Shown: positions 28,770-37,933 of the stretch, piece by piece
How positions within the stretch are numbered: position 1 is the first letter of the stretch
Layout: each line of letters begins with the position of its first letter
Origin: Candidatus Bathyarchaeota archaeon
GTDB lineage: Archaea > Thermoproteota > Bathyarchaeia > Bathyarchaeales > Bathycorpusculaceae
Length of the DNA stretch: 64,000 nucleotides
Assembly: GCA_963832745.1 (NCBI GenBank)
Contig: CAWHVC010000003.1
Location: 416,001-480,000 of the forward strand
Direction of reading: 5' to 3'
Made by a program: the position numbers and the translations under genes
The notes under the pieces: model-generated
Database searches by the model: none
Told to the model about the DNA's origin: nothing
Seen by the model: only the letters and a program-made list of their open reading frames with translations

Positions 28770-28908
28770 TAGTCCTTAAGTTACAAGGTAACTCGCTCAT
28801 AAGTGGTATCTACGATACATCTCAAGTTAATTTTCTCCTTACAGAGCGACGATAAGTTACTATATGCTCGCTTACTATAAGAGCAAAATAAAGTGATTTA
28901 AAAAAGTT

Positions 28909-30333
28909 TTAATCTCCTCGTGGGATTGTCAAAAAGAATGGTTCTGGCCCCATTTCTGCTGTTGCATAAACAGCTAAAGCCATAGCCCAAAAAGCGTCGT
29001 CGTTTGTTCCTTGTGGGTGGTGATACCCGATTGTGCCGTCTTTGTTTAGGCTATAGCGTTCAACGTTAAGTTCTGTGCAGATTTCTCCCCTGTAAGGTCT
29101 TTCCCAGTGAAGAAGGGGATAAAAGAGTTGGCGGTTTGCCATGCGTTGTTTGAGCAGGCTTGCCATTTCGCTTTTTCGTGGTACACTAAAGTTTACTCCT
29201 TCCGCGTTTCGGATGCCTGCGGCTTCCATGTCGGCGATTATGCTTGGGCCTTCGCGTGTGAAGTCTACGCGGATTTTTTGGAATCCGTGCCAGCGATCTT
29301 GCAGGGCTTTAAGGTAACCTAAAACGGTGGCGTATATGGTGGGTTGCTGGAAGATTTTGAGGTGCCGCAGAAACAGTCGCTCGTCAGCTTTTTCTATTAC
29401 GGCAAGGGCGGTGTAGTCGCGGGTTTGAGCCAAATCCAACCCAACAAAGAATGTTCCTCGGCGTTCGGTTTCAGGGTTGTATTCCTGCAGGTCTTCTCCG
29501 CAAGTGGCTATGGTGCCTATGCATTGGGCGATTTGGCTTTGGGTTAACCATACGTCTTGGTCTTCTGCCCATTCCGCCTGCATCTCACGGCGCCAACGGA
29601 TCGGGTCATCACCCATCTGGGTTTTGATTTTCTGTATTATGCCCTGCTTTAACGGTCCATTGGGTTCCATGGCTTGTTCGACGGTTACGTGTGAGGTTTT
29701 GTAGTCGGCAAAGTCTTTGTGGTTAAAGATTTTGAAAAAGACGCTGTCGGTGTGCCATGGTGTACTGCTGCAGACGAATTTGCCATCTGTTGTGCCAAGA
29801 GTGTAGAGAATGGCGTCGTATAGTTCTTGGTCGTTGGCGACAAAATTGAATTCGTCAGCGTAGACCACGTGGAGGGTTGGTCCTCGGATGGTTTCGGGGT
29901 TGTTTGGGAATGCTTCGATTGTGCTGCCGTTGGTGAAGTGGATTTGGGTGCGTTGAGGCTTAAACGCGTAACCCGAAGGCAGTTTGTGGGTGAATGCTGC
30001 GATGCGTGAGAGGATTCGTTTGGTTTGCCGCCAACTTGGACCTACTATGCCGACTGCGCTGTCTGGATGCGTTACTGCATACCATAATAGCAGGGCAGCT
30101 ACAATGAAGCTTTTGCCACTTTGGCGGCTCCACCGTGCCGCTGTAAACTGGTTACCCACAAATAGGCGAATAAACTGTTCTTGATAACTAAACGGCGAGA
30201 ACCCCAAGAGTTCCCTGCAGAAAACTATGGGGTCACTGCTGAGCAACTCTGTTTTTTCTTGCGCCAACTCTTCGGCTAGCTGGTTATTCTGTTGGAGCTT
30301 GTGCCACCGTGGTAGGAACTGGTTGGGGCGCAG
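28909..30333 (-). CDS. terminase large subunit (Terminase_6 / 6C type ATPase-nuclease)
   Basis: FSYQEQF adenine motif, Walker A WSRQSGKS, Walker B VYADE, coupling motif SST, nuclease VGLDLA..VDFT..NDDAFWA. The frame is open to CTG 30333; the ORF track start is TTG 30267. Confidence 0.9.
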   Translation of the reverse strand: MRPNQFLPRWHKLQQNNQLAEELAQEKTELLSSDPIVFCRELLGFSPFSYQEQFIRLFVGNQFTAARWSRQSGKSFIVAALLLWYAVTHPDSAVGIVGPSWRQTKRILSRIAAFTHKLPSGYAFKPQRTQIHFTNGSTIEAFPNNPETIRGPTLHVVYADEFNFVANDQELYDAILYTLGTTDGKFVCSSTPWHTDSVFFKIFNHKDFADYKTSHVTVEQAMEPNGPLKQGIIQKIKTQMGDDPIRWRREMQAEWAEDQDVWLTQSQIAQCIGTIATCGEDLQEYNPETERRGTFFVGLDLAQTRDYTALAVIEKADERLFLRHLKIFQQPTIYATVLGYLKALQDRWHGFQKIRVDFTREGPSIIADMEAAGIRNAEGVNFSVPRKSEMASLLKQRMANRQLFYPLLHWERPYRGEICTELNVERYSLNKDGTIGYHHPQGTNDDAFWAMALAVYATAEMGPEPFFLTIPRGD

Positions 30334-30751
30334 GGTTTTGGCTTATGTTTTGCAGGAGCGCGGCATATTTTGCCTCCATATCGTTTAGTTTGGCTTCGAT
30401 TTCTCGGTAATTGATGTAGTCAGCTAAGATTTCCTTGTAGGCGCGGGCTAAGGTGGCGACGACTTGGAGCCGCTGCACCTCGGTTTTGCTTAAGCCTGGT
30501 TCAGATGCGGCTTCTAAGGCTCCGGCAAGTTTTCTGAGAGTTTCTTCTACGCTTGGCAACTCTTCGGGCAACGGCAATTGTTTCTCGGTTGCTTGCCCAC
30601 TGATTTGCAGTCCAAGACGTTGACTTTTAACAAGAACCGCAGTTGGCTGCCTACACAACGCTGCAGCTATAACGTCAAGAGGCGTATTTGCCAGAACCAG
30701 TTTTCTTAGTTGGGCTTCTTCTTGAGGCGTCCAAGGTAATCCACGAGTCAC
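30284..30751 (-). CDS. Myb/GcrA-like HTH protein with C-terminal coiled coil; putative terminase small subunit
   Basis: WTPQEEAQLRKL..IAAALCR..SQRLGL; coiled coil YREIEAKLNDMEAKY; directly upstream of terL with a GGTGA SD. Confidence 0.65.
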   Translation of the reverse strand: MTRGLPWTPQEEAQLRKLVLANTPLDVIAAALCRQPTAVLVKSQRLGLQISGQATEKQLPLPEELPSVEETLRKLAGALEAASEPGLSKTEVQRLQVVATLARAYKEILADYINYREIEAKLNDMEAKYAALLQNISQNPAPQPVPTTVAQAPTE

Positions 30752-30919
30752 ATTTTCACCTGTACAACTGGAAACGCAAGGTTGCTTTTGGAGTTTTTTA
30801 TCGTTAAAAAAGGTGCATAATTTAATGTCTTTTGTAAACTAGTTAAATGTTAAAGCTTTTTTTAGAGCACATTTTTAAGTTTCTTACCGTTATGGGAAAC
30901 TTTTTTTATACAGACAACT

Positions 30920-31141
30920 ATGTGTAAGAGATACAAAGGATGGAACGATAAGCTGGACCAGTTAAATAACATTTTAATTTTCTTGGTTCTTATTCCAATG
31001 CTTGTGAGTTCATTTATCGGCATATTAGTCTACATCTTTGGGGTTAATAACACGTTAATTTTGTTTATAGTTGGAATTGTTTGTTTTCTAGCCTTTTCAG
31101 GGTTTGTTCGCTTACTATGCAAACTATTTAGTAGCAGCTAG
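30920..31141 (+). CDS. small two-TM hypothetical protein
   Basis: ATG start and two hydrophobic helices. Confidence 0.5.
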   Translation: MCKRYKGWNDKLDQLNNILIFLVLIPMLVSSFIGILVYIFGVNNTLILFIVGIVCFLAFSGFVRLLCKLFSSS

Positions 31142-31274
31142 ACACATGAATTTGCCATAAAAAATATTCAGCAAATCAGAGCGCCTAAATCAGTTTTCCT
31201 AGATTGCAACGTTTGGGAAACTCTTTTTATGACTCCGCTTCACCGTATTATGTTCAAGATGGATTGGTAACTCA

Positions 31275-32366
31275 ATGCCTAACGTTTTTGAGCAAATCAG
31301 AAATCAACCCAGCATGCTCTTGCCATTGTTACCACTGATAGCATTTGTTATTCCTCTGCTTGGATTATACCTATTCAATCCTGTCGAACCCTTCATAGGC
31401 ATAACATCAGATTATACAGCTCAAAAAACGTTCGAGTCAATGTGGAAAGGCAGAACCTTTGAATTATTCTTTGTTTGGTTAATCGGCCTTGAACTTATTT
31501 TAGGCTGGGAAAACTTTAAAGAAACAAAATTAAAAAAACTTGCAGCCCCACGCACCATAGCGCTCATAGTAGCTTTAATCCTTCCAACACTTTACGTTTT
31601 GGCATCATACACTTTTGGATTAAATGACACCATCGTAAATTGGGCGCTTTCAAACAATGTTCAGGGCGGCTGGGCTACAACAATGCCCGTATCCATTGAA
31701 TACTTAGCCTTTGCAGCCGTCTTCACGGCAGTAGCGTTTTTGATGTTTGGCAAAAAAGGCTTAATCAACTATGCCTTACCAGCGTTTTTCATGATAATGG
31801 TTGGAGTAATATACATCATTGACAACGTGTACCCGTACGGCCAGTTTACGTTGTTCCAGTTTTTTGTTCCAACCGCAGCCGCAACAGCCGCAGCATTCTT
31901 CAACCTAATGGGATACAACACAGTTTTAACTCAACAGACAGACATGGTCCATGGAACAATGCCAGTCTTAACTGTTTCAGGCCCAGCAGGAGTCACACAG
32001 TTCGGCATCGCATGGCCATGTGCAGGCATCGAAAGCTTCCTAATCTACACTGTTGTGGTGCTGCTGTTTTTGAAGCGTATGCCAATTTCTTGGAAAGCAA
32101 AAATCGGTTACTTTGCATTCGGCGCAATAGTCACATATTTCATCAATATCGCAAGAATAATGAACATTTTTTTAATTGGCATGCAGTACGGCGCAGCTTC
32201 ACCCGAAGTAGACCTGTTCCATAGCTATTACGGACCACTCTATTCGATAACATGGATAATTATGTATCCGCTTTTGATATTTTTAGTTCAAAACATGTGG
32301 CACAGGTACAAAAGCAACAAATTAACCAAAGCATCCGTGCCAAAAAACAATTTGCCAATAAAATAA
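31275..32366 (+). CDS. archaeosortase/exosortase family protein (thaumarchaeosortase-like)
   Basis: Multi-TM protein with Cys-Arg-His triad motifs WPCAGIES, NIARI and LFHSYYG. Confidence 0.85.
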   Translation: MPNVFEQIRNQPSMLLPLLPLIAFVIPLLGLYLFNPVEPFIGITSDYTAQKTFESMWKGRTFELFFVWLIGLELILGWENFKETKLKKLAAPRTIALIVALILPTLYVLASYTFGLNDTIVNWALSNNVQGGWATTMPVSIEYLAFAAVFTAVAFLMFGKKGLINYALPAFFMIMVGVIYIIDNVYPYGQFTLFQFFVPTAAATAAAFFNLMGYNTVLTQQTDMVHGTMPVLTVSGPAGVTQFGIAWPCAGIESFLIYTVVVLLFLKRMPISWKAKIGYFAFGAIVTYFINIARIMNIFLIGMQYGAASPEVDLFHSYYGPLYSITWIIMYPLLIFLVQNMWHRYKSNKLTKASVPKNNLPIK

Positions 32367-32371
32367 GCAGA

Positions 32372-32917
32372 TTAAGTTACATCAACTATTACGGCTAAAC
32401 CCTGCTTAACAAAGATTTTAGCGTTCTGAACCGGCAAAGAGGCAACGTCTTCAGCAATAAATGGCCCGTAGGCTTTCATGTCGGCGCCCATGATTTGGGG
32501 AATATTCTTGAAGAAACGCAGTGTGATACGTTTATGCAGTTCCTGATTTGACTGGCTAGTTTGTCCTTGAAGCAGGCTTCTTGCAAATTTTTGGTAAGCT
32601 TCAGTGAAGGGAACAAAGTTTTCAAAGATTTGAGCTTCCTCAAACGCTAACAGTTCAGTGGATAGTTTCTGGGTTTTTGTAGTAAATTTGATTAGTTTTT
32701 TGTATCTTGCCCACAGCAGTTCCCCAAGCATACGTTTAACGTTTACGGCTTCCTTTTCAAGCAGAGTTGCTTTAAGAGTCTTGTTTTCCATTAAACGATT
32801 CTCTTCTTTTATTTTACGCAGATAACTTGTGATGCGTTCATAAAAGTCACGTGGCAAAGTACCAAGTGTAGGCTCTGTTACTTCATGTTTCCATGCTTGG
32901 TATAGTTCGTCGTACAT
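32372..32917 (-). CDS. gins51: GINS complex subunit Gins51 (Gins15)
   Basis: LPRDFY, ARYKKL; C-terminal B-domain IMGADMKAYGPF..DVASLP..NA..VKQG; follows priS. Confidence 0.88.
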   Translation of the reverse strand: MYDELYQAWKHEVTEPTLGTLPRDFYERITSYLRKIKEENRLMENKTLKATLLEKEAVNVKRMLGELLWARYKKLIKFTTKTQKLSTELLAFEEAQIFENFVPFTEAYQKFARSLLQGQTSQSNQELHKRITLRFFKNIPQIMGADMKAYGPFIAEDVASLPVQNAKIFVKQGLAVIVDVT

Positions 32918-34162
32918 TTAATTTGCAACCTCAGCTCTGCCTTTTAGGATAAGCATAACAGCGGCAGCCGTGGACACCTCGACCTTAACGTTTTTGTATG
33001 GTCCCCATGTTTCTCCGCCTAACCTAAACTCAGGTGCGTCAGAGACCAACACTTTAGCTGTGCCCTTTTTAAAAGCTACTGCTTGCGTGAACGGGTCAAA
33101 ATCATCAAGTTGATGCGCTGGAAACTCTATCTTAAGCAAACCGGTTTTGCCGTGCAAGGTGCCGTTCATCCTGATTAACCGGTGAATATCTGTAGTTACA
33201 ACCGTATCAATGTTTGCTGACTCCAAGTTTTTCACCTGCTCAGCCAACTTTAACCATGTTGCCACGCTAACGCCGTCAATATTGTCCCAGTGTCCATCCT
33301 CAATGGCGCGTCGAATGATAAGGTCTTTGTTTTTCAGTAGATTACTGTTTTTTAAGCCTAATTTTTTTAGGTCTTCAGCCGTGGCGTTTGAAAGCAACTT
33401 TTCCATACCCACCTTTAAACGTCGGTTCCAGCCGTAATCATGCAGATTAAACTTTTTTGCCCCAGCCACCCGTTTTTTTCCTCGGGCAGGTTTCTCTTTA
33501 GCATCCTTATCAAGTACTGAGAGACCAAGACCAGTTACGTAATCAACAATTTCTTTTCTTGATAACGCATCAAGCGACCGCACCGCTTCATCCTCCACAT
33601 GCACGTGATAGCCTCGGTGACCAGAAAAATAGACATGCAACTCGTTTGCGGCAAACCCAAAATCCTTCTCCAACATATCAATCAGTTTAGCAGTTTCTAC
33701 ACGGGTTGATTCAAGACATTCGTCACAAGCCCAAATTTTAGTTGAAAATTTGTCGCCACTGCAGATTGGGCATTCTTCGGGTGTTATACCTTTACCGGTA
33801 AACTCACATTTTTGGCATGTCCATTCGTCGTGGATTTTGCCGCATGACGTGGGAATGTGGTCGGCGTCGATGTCGAAGACGAGGTCTGAGCCAGTCCAGC
33901 CTTTTTTGTCCATTTCAAGGTCAGGGTTTTCGTAGTAGGCGCAGGAGTGATAAACGTCTGAGGGCACGTTTCTTGCTAGCACGTTTTGGAAGACTTGTAT
34001 GCTTTCAAATCGTTTGTGGCGGACCATAAAACGTTCTTTAAACATTAGGTAAGCAAATTCGCGTTGTTCAAAATTTGCTGGCGCAGGAATCACCATTGAG
34101 GGGTCATTGTAAAACTCTGTGAATTTGGAGTAAACAAAATCCCTTGAAGACACATGCGTCAC
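32918..34162 (-). CDS. priS: DNA primase small (catalytic) subunit
   Basis: REFAY, DLVFDIDADH, FSGHRGYHVH, IDTVVTTDIHRLIR. Confidence 0.95.
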   Translation of the reverse strand: MTHVSSRDFVYSKFTEFYNDPSMVIPAPANFEQREFAYLMFKERFMVRHKRFESIQVFQNVLARNVPSDVYHSCAYYENPDLEMDKKGWTGSDLVFDIDADHIPTSCGKIHDEWTCQKCEFTGKGITPEECPICSGDKFSTKIWACDECLESTRVETAKLIDMLEKDFGFAANELHVYFSGHRGYHVHVEDEAVRSLDALSRKEIVDYVTGLGLSVLDKDAKEKPARGKKRVAGAKKFNLHDYGWNRRLKVGMEKLLSNATAEDLKKLGLKNSNLLKNKDLIIRRAIEDGHWDNIDGVSVATWLKLAEQVKNLESANIDTVVTTDIHRLIRMNGTLHGKTGLLKIEFPAHQLDDFDPFTQAVAFKKGTAKVLVSDAPEFRLGGETWGPYKNVKVEVSTAAAVMLILKGRAEVAN

Positions 34163-34239
34163 CCTAAACAGATTATATGCCTTGTTTCCCTAATTTAACC
34201 ATTAACCACCCTGCCAAAGCGTTTTCATGATACTTGAGG

Positions 34240-35964
34240 CTAAAGGTGAAGCATTGTTTTAAGATTCTCAAAAATCAAAACAGGATTAAATGATGAGCCA
34301 CCGAAAGAAAGCATAATCACCATGAAAACCAGCCAAATCATTGTTGCACCAAGCTCCTTTTTTTCCTGAGGGACTAAAATGTAAACAAACAAAAATGGCA
34401 GATACCAGTTTTGGATGTAAGGCATCAGGAAACTTGGTAACAACATAAACATGGCTGAAAGAGACAGCAAACTGTTTCGCCTGTACATGTAAGCAGCGTA
34501 AACAAGCGTAACTCCTAAAGTTAACATGACAGCTAAAGTTTGAAGCCACCAGGGAATCTGCGAATGTGAATTAAACGCGTTAATGCCGTTCATTATAAGT
34601 TCAGGCCGAGTTTGCATTAGGTAAGGAGCGCTAAGAACAGCTGTGAAACCACTGGCAACGGCTAAAGCAGCGCCAGCAAGCACAGCTTTATTCCGTATAA
34701 GCCCCGAGAACTTGTTTGCACGGTAAAGTTCAACAAGCGCGTAAATAATTAGGGGCAACAGGAAAATGCCTGCTTGATATTTGAAAATAATCGAAACCCC
34801 AACCAGCAAAATGAAGAAGTCATACCGTTTAGTCAAAAACATGATTAACCCAAAGAGGCTAAACAAGAATGCAACTGCGTCAAACATGCCGTTAGCCGCA
34901 AAAATGACCAATGAAACGTAAATTATGTAAACGCCGATAAGCTTCCAGGGTAAATCGAGAGGTTTCTTCCAGAAATATTTTAAGAAAAAGTACAGGCAAA
35001 CATGTGCTGCTACGATAAATAATGCTATTTCGAGTTTGAAAACTAAAGAGGGGTCAACGCCGTTTTGAAGCATCAACCCAAAAGGCATAAACAGTAAAAT
35101 GCTGCCCAACGGGTACAAATGCGGCATTTCCGGCCAAGTAACAAACTTGAAATATGAACCGTCAGAGCTTGACAGTACACCTAGCGGAGTATCAAAAACC
35201 GCTAAACCCTTGTCTAAAAACAGGGTTGACGTGTAGGAGTGCCTAGCGTGATCAGTGTACCAGCCCTCAAAATCGGCTAACGAATTAGTGTTAACCGCTA
35301 AAAGAGTAAACCAAACCATCAATGAAACCAGAAGTAAAATGATTAAGCGTCTACGTCCAGTTCGACCGATAGATGGCAAAACGTTGGATGAAGGATTTTT
35401 GGTGTTTTGGCTTATCGCTGTTTTCAAGGTGACAAGAATAATTACTGATAAGCTTACGGCAAAAAGCATTTTTGCAGGGCTACCAAGCATGCTCCAAGGG
35501 TATTCAACGGCGGGTTTGTTGATAACCACTGTTAAATGCACATTACCTTGGGTTTGGGGTAAACAGTAAAACACTGCTTCGTAGTAGTCGGCACCTGCAA
35601 GAAAAGAAAAAGTGATGTCTTCTCTGGATTGGTAGGTGAAGTTGATTGCTCGATAAGTTATAATTGAAACATTTTTGACAAAGTCAGGGTCGCCTTGGAC
35701 GTTAACAGTAAGGTTTTCTCCACCATGAAAAGAGCCTAAACCTTGTCGACGCGTCTCTAAAGAGCTTAAATGAAAGTTGCTGTCAAGCAAAACAGAACTC
35801 TGCAACTGACCATTCGGCACCGGATAAATGCTAACGACAGCCAAGGCAACACTTAAAACCAGTAAAGCAGCCAAAACAGCTATAGATACTTTTATTGAAA
35901 CTGCACGCTTCAACAGGTTTGCCCTCAACTTTCCAAGCCACATACAGTAAGCTAAACAATACAA
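34240..35964 (-). CDS. integral membrane protein, GT-C-fold (GT87/PIG-M-like) glycosyltransferase candidate
   Basis: Extracellular N-domain, then YTDHARH, HLYPLG, GMFDA and FKYQAG in a multi-TM region; downstream of a GT2 gene. Confidence 0.55.
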   Translation of the reverse strand: MYCLAYCMWLGKLRANLLKRAVSIKVSIAVLAALLVLSVALAVVSIYPVPNGQLQSSVLLDSNFHLSSLETRRQGLGSFHGGENLTVNVQGDPDFVKNVSIITYRAINFTYQSREDITFSFLAGADYYEAVFYCLPQTQGNVHLTVVINKPAVEYPWSMLGSPAKMLFAVSLSVIILVTLKTAISQNTKNPSSNVLPSIGRTGRRRLIILLLVSLMVWFTLLAVNTNSLADFEGWYTDHARHSYTSTLFLDKGLAVFDTPLGVLSSSDGSYFKFVTWPEMPHLYPLGSILLFMPFGLMLQNGVDPSLVFKLEIALFIVAAHVCLYFFLKYFWKKPLDLPWKLIGVYIIYVSLVIFAANGMFDAVAFLFSLFGLIMFLTKRYDFFILLVGVSIIFKYQAGIFLLPLIIYALVELYRANKFSGLIRNKAVLAGAALAVASGFTAVLSAPYLMQTRPELIMNGINAFNSHSQIPWWLQTLAVMLTLGVTLVYAAYMYRRNSLLSLSAMFMLLPSFLMPYIQNWYLPFLFVYILVPQEKKELGATMIWLVFMVIMLSFGGSSFNPVLIFENLKTMLHL

Positions 35965-35996
35965 AAACCTGGTTAAAGCAGATAAGCCTATCGTGA

Positions 35997-36746
35997 CTAG
36001 GAACGTTTGGGCATAGCAGCTTTAAAAGTGTAAGTTAAGTAGCTTTTAATTTCTGTTAACGTAAGCTTGGATTTGCCGCGTTTACGGTTGACAAACAAAA
36101 TTGGGGTCTCCTTGACCATAAAATCCTTTGAAACTGCCTGCCGGATGGTTTCTATTTGGATTTCATATGTTTGACTGTGCAGGTTGCTTATGGCTTCTTT
36201 AAGAAACGCGGTAGAATAACATCGGAAACCACTTGTGCAATCATGCAAGTTAAGCCCAAGCGAGTTTTGAGCAATAAAATTGGCAACGCGACTAACTATT
36301 TTTCGTGTAAAAGGCCACCCCGCGGTTTTTCCGCCCTTACAGTAACGGCTGCCAATTACCACGCCACAATTGTTTTCCATGCTTGAAAGAAGCTGCGGTA
36401 TAGCTTTTGGGTCATGCGAATAATCTGCATCCATTGTCACGACGTATTTAGGCAAGATTGGCATGGAAAGAAAAATTTTGAATCCATCTGTGATTGCAGT
36501 ACCTAACCCTGTTTTTTTGGGTCTGACGCACAACATTATGTTACTATATTTCTGCTGCATTTGCCTGACAATTTCTGCAGTATGATCGGGGCTTAAATCG
36601 TCGATTACCAAGATTGAAACGTTAAGATTTAGAGCTTCGATGTCTTTTATGAGGTTTGCAATATTTTCTGCTTCACCGTATGTGGGCAAAATCACGCCAA
36701 TCTTTGAAGAAACCTGCATGTTCCCTGACAACTCATAAGTCATCAA
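35997..36746 (-). CDS. polyprenol-phosphate mannose synthase-like GT2 glycosyltransferase
   Basis: ILPTYGEAENI, IDDLSPDHT, MDADYSHDP, GSRY, DCTSGFR. Confidence 0.9.
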   Translation of the reverse strand: MMTYELSGNMQVSSKIGVILPTYGEAENIANLIKDIEALNLNVSILVIDDLSPDHTAEIVRQMQQKYSNIMLCVRPKKTGLGTAITDGFKIFLSMPILPKYVVTMDADYSHDPKAIPQLLSSMENNCGVVIGSRYCKGGKTAGWPFTRKIVSRVANFIAQNSLGLNLHDCTSGFRCYSTAFLKEAISNLHSQTYEIQIETIRQAVSKDFMVKETPILFVNRKRGKSKLTLTEIKSYLTYTFKAAMPKRS

Positions 36747-36823
36747 AAAAATTCACTTCAAAAGTCCACTAAAACTAGAGGAGTGTGACCTAATAAACTT
36801 TTGATATTAAGACGCCTGCTTAG

Positions 36824-37933
36824 CTACTTTTTAGCTGCCTGCTCCTGCGACTGCTCAGGAGGCCTTTCAGATTTTATCTTATAATATTTTAAAGGATGAT
36901 AAATTCGTTTACAGAGTTCATCGCGATTTTTGCAGACATTATGGGTTTGAAGAATTGAACATTGAGGGCAAGTATATTTTGTCCCTGAACCCCGTTCGCC
37001 TGCAATGTGTTCAACTTGATAACGAGTAAGCCGCTCATTATAGTCAGAAAATGATTTGAAAAGTTCTGTTACAGATTCTGGGCTCATACCGATGTTAACC
37101 AGAAAAGCCACAAGCGCAAAACGACCCATGTGTGGTAAATGATGATTCTTTGAAGCCCCATCATAAAGGGCGTTGATACACGGTGGAAAAGCGTCCTGAA
37201 CAACAACTTTCGGAAACTCTGTTTCAGTTTGCCCGATACGTTCAGCGGCAAGAACCTTTAACTTTTCCGCTAAATCAGAAATTTCAGGCGGATATCTGTC
37301 TAAAGTTGAGTTGCTGAGCCGTTTTTCTATACGCCGTTTAACCTCTTCCTGAAGTAAGCGTACAACGTCATGCTTGTTAAGGTAAACGTTACCCTCAGAA
37401 AGGATACTGTTAACTAGTTTCCATTTTTCGTCATGCAAGTGACTAGCGTTCTGCAAGAAATCGGTAAAATATAAAACAAACTCAAACGCGGAGGTACCAT
37501 CGGAAGGAGCCTGAGCGATTTTCCAGCCAAAATCAAGGGCGACTTTGAGGATGTTTTCTTTTGATTCAATAGCTAACTCGCTTGTTGCCTGTTTGGCTTC
37601 GGCTAGCGCGTAACGTTTTTTGATCAAAGAGTTATCGGTTGCGGAAACAAGCATTATTGCAACAGGAAAGGATATTATTTCTTTTTGCAAGTCTTTTATT
37701 ATATACTTGTTTCCCTGCTCATCAGTTAACGGCCTAACAATCAGGTCAGTTATTGCTGAAGTCACCCGTTCCATTGCCCGGTCTAAAATTTGATGCATAC
37801 CAGGGCTGGTTAAATCTTCAATCTGTAAATCTAAAGGAGAAAGATACCTAGCGGTTTCTTTCAAAAAGGGATATTTAGCTAAATCGCTTTTTGTGAAACC
37901 CGCTGGTTCAATCGGCAAATTTCTAGCCATCAT
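36824..37933 (-). CDS. priL: DNA primase large subunit
   Basis: AKYPF, FPPCI, HMGRF, YQVEHIAG, YTCPQC, HPLKYY. Confidence 0.93.
   Translation of the reverse strand: MMARNLPIEPAGFTKSDLAKYPFLKETARYLSPLDLQIEDLTSPGMHQILDRAMERVTSAITDLIVRPLTDEQGNKYIIKDLQKEIISFPVAIMLVSATDNSLIKKRYALAEAKQATSELAIESKENILKVALDFGWKIAQAPSDGTSAFEFVLYFTDFLQNASHLHDEKWKLVNSILSEGNVYLNKHDVVRLLQEEVKRRIEKRLSNSTLDRYPPEISDLAEKLKVLAAERIGQTETEFPKVVVQDAFPPCINALYDGASKNHHLPHMGRFALVAFLVNIGMSPESVTELFKSFSDYNERLTRYQVEHIAGERGSGTKYTCPQCSILQTHNVCKNRDELCKRIYHPLKYYKIKSERPPEQSQEQAAKK

Larger units (their letters stand above)
26460..31200. mobile_element. genomic island: HTH + large terminase module with FRG and Abi-like cargo (boundaries approximate)
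   Basis: Interrupts the conserved gins51-rpl44e cluster; GC-richer terminase genes beside AT-rich cargo; no integrase, portal or capsid seen. Confidence 0.6.

Noticed and set aside
31232-31260. TTATGTTCAAG resembling a XerD arm at the right side of the island
   Set aside because: No matching ATAA-ended left arm at 6-bp spacing; it lies in the archaeosortase promoter region
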